Shown: piece after piece, positions 57,513 to 64,000 of the stretch | Layout of the letters: the number at the start of each line of letters is the position of its first letter | Numbering within the stretch: the stretch's first letter is position 1 | Assembly: GCA_958447445.1 (NCBI GenBank) | Contig: CAUDAE010000001.1 | Location: 6,385-70,384, forward strand | DNA: 64,000 bases | DNA from: an uncultured Collinsella sp. | Lineage (GTDB): Bacteria > Actinomycetota > Coriobacteriia > Coriobacteriales > Coriobacteriaceae | Reading direction: 5' to 3' | Made by a program: the position numbers and the translations under genes | The notes under the pieces: model-generated | Databases searched by the model: none | What the model was told of the DNA's origin: nothing | What the model saw: the letters and a program-made list of their open reading frames with translations, nothing else

Positions 57513-58250
57513 CTATGCGCCGATGGCGCCGCCGCAGTATTCGCAGCGCCCACTGGTATCGGGAATGGTGGTGGCTCCGCAGAAGGGGCAGGTCACCGCG
57601 GTCTTGGGGGCCTTGGCGGCCACGACGCTGTCGCGTGTCTCCTGACGCAGCTGCACCAGCGCATCGCGGACTTCGGTTGCCTGGCGCTTGGCCTCGCGAT
57701 ATTCGATGGAGCCGCGCTGATCGATGGTGGAGTCGTTCACGCGCAGGTTGATCTCGGTAAAGTACGGCGTGTTGACGTGGATGGTCAGATTAAAGTCGTA
57801 ATCCAGGTCGTAGCGCGGCGGGTTGTAGCTCTCGCGCTCGCCGTCCTTGGTCTCGCGATAGATCTCGGTGCGATGCTCGTCGATATCCATATCGCAGCCG
57901 AGTACCTGCGAGAACTCGATGATGTCGGGATTGGCGTCGCGCCAGCGGCTCTGCGAAGTGATGATCAGCAGGCCCGCGTCCTCATCGAGCATAATATTGG
58001 TGCGCCCGGCAGAAAGCGTGCGCGTGGGGTTGAACGAAGACAGGCGCTCGGCGTTGGCCTCGCGGTAGGCGAGTTGCTCACGGATGTCGTCCGCGGTGCT
58101 GGAGCGATAGCCGTGAAAGTAGGGGGAGAGCTTGCCAGCGCACTCTTTGCACAGGTAGCCTTCATTGATTTTTGTCTTACCTAGAAGTCCCAGCTCGGTA
58201 CCGCAAATCGCGCACTCTTTCTTCTCGAACATCTTGTCAAAGAAGCCCAT
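57513..58250 (-). CDS. DUF4428-like zinc-ribbon protein
   Basis: CAICG...LCKEC and C-terminal CPFCGA...CEYCG. Confidence 0.7.
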   Translation of the reverse strand: MGFFDKMFEKKECAICGTELGLLGKTKINEGYLCKECAGKLSPYFHGYRSSTADDIREQLAYREANAERLSSFNPTRTLSAGRTNIMLDEDAGLLIITSQSRWRDANPDIIEFSQVLGCDMDIDEHRTEIYRETKDGERESYNPPRYDLDYDFNLTIHVNTPYFTEINLRVNDSTIDQRGSIEYREAKRQATEVRDALVQLRQETRDSVVAAKAPKTAVTCPFCGATTIPDTSGRCEYCGGAIGA

Positions 58251-58369
58251 GGCTGCCTCCCATCAACTGGTAGCGTGTGTCACTTTTGATGATGGGGGAG
58301 TGCGCGATCCTTCGCGATACCCAGACGGCTCAAGGAGTCTCCACAACTGGGACACATGGCCCATTTTGA

Positions 58370-58470
58370 CTAGTCATTGGGGACGTTCTTAAACGACTAG
58401 TCGCGGGGGACACTTTTTGGCCACTCATTGGGGACGTACTTAAATGAGTGGTAGTTGGAGACACTCCTGG
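58370..58470. repeat. REP-like composite element (CTAG-bounded family)
   Basis: CTAGTCATTGGGGACGTTCTTAAACGACTAG at 58370-58400 plus degenerate copies. Confidence 0.8.
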
Positions 58471-58636
58471 CCGCGCTAGAGGCCGCGCGTGTCCCTTCTG
58501 GTCCATGAGGCTCAAAACCGCGGTGTGACGTGAACGGCTGGGGTCAAATTTGCAGCATTTCAAGCCTGGCTTCGATATTGAGACTGGTTCTTTGTTAAAA
58601 TAGATTTCCAGACAATTGAGCTGCTGGGGGTTAACC

Positions 58637-60179
58637 ATGAGGGGCATGGGAGACACAACCGCATATCTGCGTCGGGGCATTCGGGAGATTATATGCCTGG
58701 CGCTGTTCTTCTTCACGTTTTTGGCGTGCGAGTATCTCTTTGATGTGCGCATGGCCGAGTTCGTGTCTCCGAACGAGGTCGTTATTTATGAGAGTCTTGT
58801 CATCGGCGCGAGCGTGATTGGCTTTTTTGTGCGTCCCGTTCTGTACTATCGCCGTCCCCATGCTATCGACGCGACGAGCGACATCACGGGCGTTTTGCTG
58901 GTGGCGGCATTGCTGCTGTTGATTATGGCAGCTCAGGTCGAGGTGGTAATCGTCGGCGGTTTGGTGGCGTGCTGCGCACTGGGCTACTGCGGATCGACTG
59001 CCCACGCAAACTTTGCGCGACGCTTTGCGCGGACGCCCTGCTTGGCGCGCCGCAGCACTTTCCTATGCCATGGGCGTTCTGGTACAGGTGTTCAACCACA
59101 TGGTGATGCCTGTCGGTATTCCTCAGCAGGCTGTTCTGGTCGTTTGTGCGATCGTGCAGGTGGCGTTGCTCCACGGTGCCCGACGCGCCAAACTGCGCGA
59201 CGAGTCCGATCCCAACTTTGAACCCAGCGTTGCCGGACTTTCGGTAGATGCTTTGGAATATGGCGCCAAGTGGCAAGACGATCCCAAGGCAAAGGCGGCA
59301 TTCCGCCGCGCCGTAGTTCGCCTGACCGTGGCGACGGTGTATCTTTCCGGCGTATTCGCCGCTCTCAACGCTGGCCTCACGACCTTGCATGCTGTCGGAG
59401 CCGTCGATTTGGGCGATTGGCCGCGCCTACTGCTTGTCGTGAGCTCGTTGGCCGCTGGCGTCCTATTTGACCTGCACGGCCGTTCGTATATGAATATCGG
59501 CATGACATGCGCCGCCATGTTGTCCACGCTTTCGTTCTTTGTGCTCATCGTCGACGGCAATGGCGGCAACGAGCTTGCTGCCACGATCATCTTTTATCTG
59601 GGCTCAGGCTTCTTTGTGGTGTTCTTTACCACAAAATATGCCGCCGTCTCGCTTTATGCGCGCTGGTCATATTTTTGGCCGTGCATGGGTCGCGTCGTCA
59701 ACAACGTGTGCTCGATGTTCGTGACGGCGCCGGCAGTGGCGATCATCTCGAGTCAAAACGTGCTGACTGCGGTCGGCGCGGCGCTCGTGATGTTTGTGGG
59801 CATTGCGATTACGCTGCTGGGACAGTTGGGGCAACGAGCCGATGACGCCGTGATACGGGACGAGCTGGCGCCTGCCACCGATGATCTTGGTGGGGATCTT
59901 GCGCCCACATGCTCCGACCCCGAGCCCGTGGAGGCAGCGGAGCTCACGTCAGATGAGCGCCTCGATGCTTTCGTCGCCACCTTTGGGCTTACAGAGCGCG
60001 AGCGCGATATTCTTGAGGTCTTGGTCGTTTCGGACCAGAGCGTTCAGGACATCGCCACAACGCTCTTCCTTTCGCGCTCCACGCTCTATCGCCACATTTC
60101 TTCGATCAACAAAAAGGCCGGTACCGCCTCGCGTGTGGCCCTTATCAACTTCTTCTGGTCCTGGACACCCAAGGACTAG
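58637..60179 (+). pseudogene. Multi-TM LuxR-family one-component regulator, frameshifted at about 59045-59050
   Basis: Hydrophobic frame 1 up to ...RTPCLAR continues in a second frame as AAALSYAMG...; C-terminal LTERERDIL...DIA..LFLSRSTLYRHI HTH. Confidence 0.8.
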
Positions 60180-60360
60180 CTAATCTCCCAATAAGTTGCG
60201 GTGGAATAGTCCCTAAATTAAAGTCACGGGGCTTTAAACAGGAACTATTTCACCGCAATTGCTGGGGGGATAGACTGCGGCGGCGACAGAGGCAACGGCA
60301 GCGGCGTCGGCAGCTGTGGTAGCGGTAATGGCAGCTGGCAGGGTGTTTTCCGCTTGCTTG

Positions 60361-63129
60361 CTACAGCAGCTCGCCATGGCGGGTAATGTAGCGGCGCTTT
60401 GCCAGCTGAGTGAGCGCGATGTAGGCGGTGACGATGCCGATGAGCAGCGCGAAAAAGCTCGCGGGCAGTGCCATGAGGCCGAGCGCATCGGCGATGGGGC
60501 TTGCCGGCAGCCAGGTGACAAGCGCCAGGCCTAGCACGGTGAGCGCGCACAGCGCGGGCGCGGCGTGGTCGCGCGGGCTCGGCAGGCGCGGGGAGCGCAG
60601 CATGTGGACCACGAGTGTCTGCGACCACATGGACTCGACAAACCAGCCGCTTTGGAAGAGCGCAGCAAAGGTCGCTATACCCGCGACGTTGCCCGTCCCG
60701 GCGAGCTCGGACCAGCTTGCGCCTACGGTGGCAGGGCACACCACAAAGAAGAGCACGGCAAAAGTCACGATGTCAAACAGCGAACTCACGGGGCCCAGCT
60801 CGAGCATAAAGCCCTTGATGGACGCGGCATCCCAAGCACGCGGACGGGCAGTCCAGGCGTCATCGACGGTGTCCCACGGCAGCGCGATGCACACGATCTC
60901 GTAGACGAGCGATAGCAGCACCAGCTGCAGAGCGCTCATAGGCAAAAACGGCAAGAACAAGCTCGCGACGGTCACGGACAGCACGTTGCCAAAGTTGGAG
61001 CTCACCGTGGTCTTGAGGTACTTGAGCAGGTTGCCGTAGGTGCGGCGGCCTTCGATGATGCCGCGCTCGAGCACGCCCAGGTCCTTCTGAAGCAAGATGA
61101 TATCGGCGGATTCCTTGGCGATGTCGACGGCCGAATCGACTGAGATGCCGCAATCGCTCGCACGCATGGCGGCGGCGTCGTTGATGCCGTCGCCCATAAA
61201 GCCCACGGTGTGGCCGAGTAGCTCGCGCATGACGCGCACCAGGCGCGCCTTCTGCAACGGCGAGAGCTTGGCGAAGAGGTGGGTTTTCTCGGCGCGCTCG
61301 GCAAGCCCGGCGTCGTCGAGCGCATCGATCTCGGAGCCGAGCAAGACGTTGCTCGCATCGATGCCGATCTGCGCGCAGACGGTGGCGGCGACGCGGTCGT
61401 TGTCGCCGGTCAGGACCTTGACCGCCACGCCTTTGGCCTCGAGGGTGGCGACGGCGCCCGCGGCACTTGCTTTGGGCGGATCGAGGAAGGCCAAAAAGCC
61501 CATCAGCACCATGTCGCACTCGTCGGCGATGCCAAACTCGCCCACGCAGCGCGGATTGGTCTTCTGCGCCACGGCAATTACGCGTAGGCCCTCGGCGTTA
61601 AGTCCGGCGATCTGCTTGCGAATCTGGGCGAGCTTCTCGTCGGTGAGCGGCTGAGCGATGCCATCGATCTCGACAAAGGAGCAGATCTCGAGCATTTCCT
61701 CGGCGGCGCCCTTGGTAACCATCTGGGTTTTGCCTTGGGCGTCGGCGACAACTACGCTCAGGCGACGGCGCGAGAAATCGAAGGGAACCTCGTCGACCTT
61801 GGTGTAGCGGTCGCGCAGGCTCTGGCCCAGCATGGAATCGGGTGCGACGGTCGAGGGTGTCACATCGGCACGGTCGATTACGGCCAGGTCGATAAGATTT
61901 TTGAGGCCGGTCTGGAAGAAGCTGTTCAAAAACGCATGGCGCAGCACGCGCGCGTCCTCGTTGCCATCGGTGTTGAGGTAGCGCTCGAGCACGATGCGGT
62001 CTTCGGTGAGGGTGCCGGTCTTGTCGCAGCACAGGACGTCCATCGCTCCGAGGTTTTGAATCGCCGGCAGCTCCTTGACGATAACCTGGCGACGGGCGAG
62101 GTCCTTGGCGCCCTGCGACAGGCTCGTGGTCACGATGACGGGAAGCATCTGCGGCGTGATGCCCACGGCCACGCTCGTGGCGAACAGCAGCGCGTCGATG
62201 ACGTTGCCCCTGGTGGCGGCGTTGATGGCAAAGACGGCCGGCGCCATAACGAGCATCAGGCGCACCAGCAGCATGGAGACGCTCGAGACGCCGCGGTCAA
62301 ACGCGCTTTTTTCGCCGCGCCCGTTGAGCATCTTGGCGATGCCGCCCAGGTAGGTGTCCGAGCCGGTGGCAACGACAAGCGCCATGGCGGCGCCGTTTTG
62401 CACGGAGGTGCCGGTAAAGACGATGTTCTTGCAGGCAGAGAGTGGCAGTGCGGAGCCGCCGGCGCCCTCGACGACGGTGACGGCGGTGGTCTTCTCGACG
62501 GCCTCGCTCTCGCCGGTGAGTGCGGACTCGATCACAAACAGGTCGCGCGCGGTGATGATGCGGGCGTCTGCTGGCACCATATCGCCGGCAGAGAGGCGGA
62601 TTACATCGCCGGGGACGAGCTCGTCGAAGGGGATCTCGATGCGCCCGCCGTCGCGCAGGGCGGTGCAAGTGTTGGAGACCAGGTCCTTAAGGGCCTCGGC
62701 CGCATTGCCGCTGCGGGCTTCCTGGATAAACTTCATACCGCCCGATACCAGCAGCATGATGCCGATGACGATGACCGTGGAGGGGTCGCGCTGCGGCTCG
62801 GGTACGGCGAGCACGTCGATGTAGAGCGAGACCAGCGCGAGCGCGGCGAGGATGCCGGCGAAGGGATCGATGAACGCGTCGGCGATGCGGCGGTCGAGCG
62901 TTTTGGTCGTTGCCTCGATGGTGTTGGGGCCGACGGCGTTCAGGCGCTCAGTTGCCTGCTCGACGGTGAGGCCGTTTGCCGTGGCGTCAAGCAGTACGAG
63001 GGCGTCCTCGGCACTATGGGTGGCGGCGAATATGGTGTTCTTGGATAGGCCGGTATGAGCGGCAGGGCGCGCCGTGCGGCGGCGCTTGGAGATGGCTTCG
63101 AGTACCGTGACGGTTTTGAGCATCAGCAT
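60361..63129 (-). CDS. mgtA: Magnesium-transporting P-type ATPase
   Basis: LTGES, AVGITPQMLP, DKTGTLT, PFDF.RRR, KGA, TGD, GDGINDA, SSNFGN, FQSGWFVES; AAGGAGG SD. Confidence 0.92.
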   Translation of the reverse strand: MLMLKTVTVLEAISKRRRTARPAAHTGLSKNTIFAATHSAEDALVLLDATANGLTVEQATERLNAVGPNTIEATTKTLDRRIADAFIDPFAGILAALALVSLYIDVLAVPEPQRDPSTVIVIGIMLLVSGGMKFIQEARSGNAAEALKDLVSNTCTALRDGGRIEIPFDELVPGDVIRLSAGDMVPADARIITARDLFVIESALTGESEAVEKTTAVTVVEGAGGSALPLSACKNIVFTGTSVQNGAAMALVVATGSDTYLGGIAKMLNGRGEKSAFDRGVSSVSMLLVRLMLVMAPAVFAINAATRGNVIDALLFATSVAVGITPQMLPVIVTTSLSQGAKDLARRQVIVKELPAIQNLGAMDVLCCDKTGTLTEDRIVLERYLNTDGNEDARVLRHAFLNSFFQTGLKNLIDLAVIDRADVTPSTVAPDSMLGQSLRDRYTKVDEVPFDFSRRRLSVVVADAQGKTQMVTKGAAEEMLEICSFVEIDGIAQPLTDEKLAQIRKQIAGLNAEGLRVIAVAQKTNPRCVGEFGIADECDMVLMGFLAFLDPPKASAAGAVATLEAKGVAVKVLTGDNDRVAATVCAQIGIDASNVLLGSEIDALDDAGLAERAEKTHLFAKLSPLQKARLVRVMRELLGHTVGFMGDGINDAAAMRASDCGISVDSAVDIAKESADIILLQKDLGVLERGIIEGRRTYGNLLKYLKTTVSSNFGNVLSVTVASLFLPFLPMSALQLVLLSLVYEIVCIALPWDTVDDAWTARPRAWDAASIKGFMLELGPVSSLFDIVTFAVLFFVVCPATVGASWSELAGTGNVAGIATFAALFQSGWFVESMWSQTLVVHMLRSPRLPSPRDHAAPALCALTVLGLALVTWLPASPIADALGLMALPASFFALLIGIVTAYIALTQLAKRRYITRHGELL

Positions 63130-63268
63130 AGGGTCCTCCTTGTTGAGGGGAGTTAGCGTACGTGTCGTATTTGCTTCAAAAAACCTAGATGTCGCTCACG
63201 TCAAGCTCTTGAGCCCACAAAGGGTGCAGCGCGCCTTTGTGGTGGTTTTGGCGATCTGCCGGTGGCGT

Positions 63269-63340
63269 TTATGCGTGTGCGGAGTCCTCGCGGCGTGCCG
63301 AGGGCGACATGCAGGTTTTTCGACTAGGACTGCCTTCCAT
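63269..63340 (-). other. Putative 23-aa leader peptide MEGSPSRKTCMSPSARREDSAHA upstream of mgtA
   Basis: Perfect SD AGGAGGT 5 nt before the ATG; ORF lies inside the roughly 270-nt mgtA 5' region. Confidence 0.6.
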
Positions 63341-63424
63341 GGCACACCTCCTAAAGGCTGAGCGCAGCGCGCTTTGGGTATCTCGTACCCCTTTTTAATC
63401 CGCCCGTATTCTTGATGAGGGGGT

Positions 63425-63436
63425 TTGACATGTCAA
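63425..63436. promoter_or_regulatory. Palindrome TTGACATGTCAA; doubles as the -35 of a candidate mgtA promoter
   Basis: Minus strand TTGACA-17 bp-AAGAAT; flanked by G/C runs that extend the dyad. Confidence 0.5.
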
Positions 63437-63566
63437 CCCCATTGTTCGGAAAACCATTTCCCCTGACAAAGCCTTTACAGAATGCCGTGGCCCCAAAGCG
63501 CGCCCGCATCGACGCTTCGCCTGCGCTAAACTGGAAGGCACGTACGCGATTACGAGAGGAGCCCGC

Positions 63567-64000
63567 ATGGAGGCTTACAAGCAAGAGTTCATCAAGTTTA
63601 TGGTCGAGTCCGACGTTCTTAAGTTCGGCAGCTTTACGCTCAAGAGCGGCCGTCAGTCCCCGTTCTTTATGAACGCCGGCGCTTACGTGACAGGCTATCA
63701 GCTCAAGAAGCTGGGCGAGTATTACGCCCAGGCCATCCACGATAACTTTGGCGACGACTTTGATGTGCTGTTTGGACCGGCCTACAAGGGTATTCCGCTG
63801 GCCGTCGTGACCGCAATTGCCTACCACGAACTGTACGGCAAGGAGGTCAAGTACTGCTGCGACCGCAAGGAGGCCAAGGACCACGGTGCCGATAAGGGCA
63901 ACCTGCTGGGTTATGAGCCCAAGGACGGCGACCGTGTGGTCATGGTCGAGGACGTTACCACCAGCGGCAAGTCCATCGACGAGACCTATCCCAAGGTCAA
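63567..64000 (+). CDS. pyrE: Orotate phosphoribosyltransferase (5' part, runs off the window)
   Basis: MEAYKQEFIKFM...LKFGSFTLKSGRQSPFFMN, FGPAYKGIPL, DRKEAKDHG, VEDVTTSG; absent from the ORF track because it has no stop in the window. Confidence 0.95.
   Translation, partial: MEAYKQEFIKFMVESDVLKFGSFTLKSGRQSPFFMNAGAYVTGYQLKKLGEYYAQAIHDNFGDDFDVLFGPAYKGIPLAVVTAIAYHELYGKEVKYCCDRKEAKDHGADKGNLLGYEPKDGDRVVMVEDVTTSGKSIDETYPKV

Overview
High-GC (Coriobacteriia, most likely Collinsella-like; inferred from gene content and style, not from a search) chromosomal window of mostly housekeeping and accessory genes. It holds a Sir2 deacylase, a FolP-FolK fusion, a degenerate BirA-like gene, coaX and an initiator tRNA-Met. 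It also holds an HGDR-motif flavin reductase (long-form bilirubin reductase BilR-like), an Ech-type group 4 [NiFe] hydrogenase operon with fused echA-echB, and a 2092-codon vWA/pilin-repeat LPxTG adhesin. Further on are two ABC exporters, two two-component loci (one kinase carries a single in-frame TAG), four Mg2+-transport-related genes (CorC/CNNM, MgtE-like, Nramp-related NRMT, MgtA), oatA, rbsK, a nucleoside hydrolase, luxS, an SPFH/zinc-ribbon operon, a frameshifted membrane LuxR regulator and the start of pyrE. The most unusual signals are non-coding. (i) Fixed-length 154/160-bp hairpin modules with an invariant AAAACCGCAGGTAGA core and swappable, co-varying arms bracket the adhesin gene like a cassette. 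(ii) A four-unit array of 57-bp inverted-repeat units lies between the tRNA and bilR. (iii) CTAG-bounded REP-like repeats are dispersed through the window. (iv) SD-led short leader ORFs lie upstream of both mgtE and mgtA, suggesting translation-coupled Mg2+ sensing. No CRISPR array, cas gene, integrase or complete transposase was seen.
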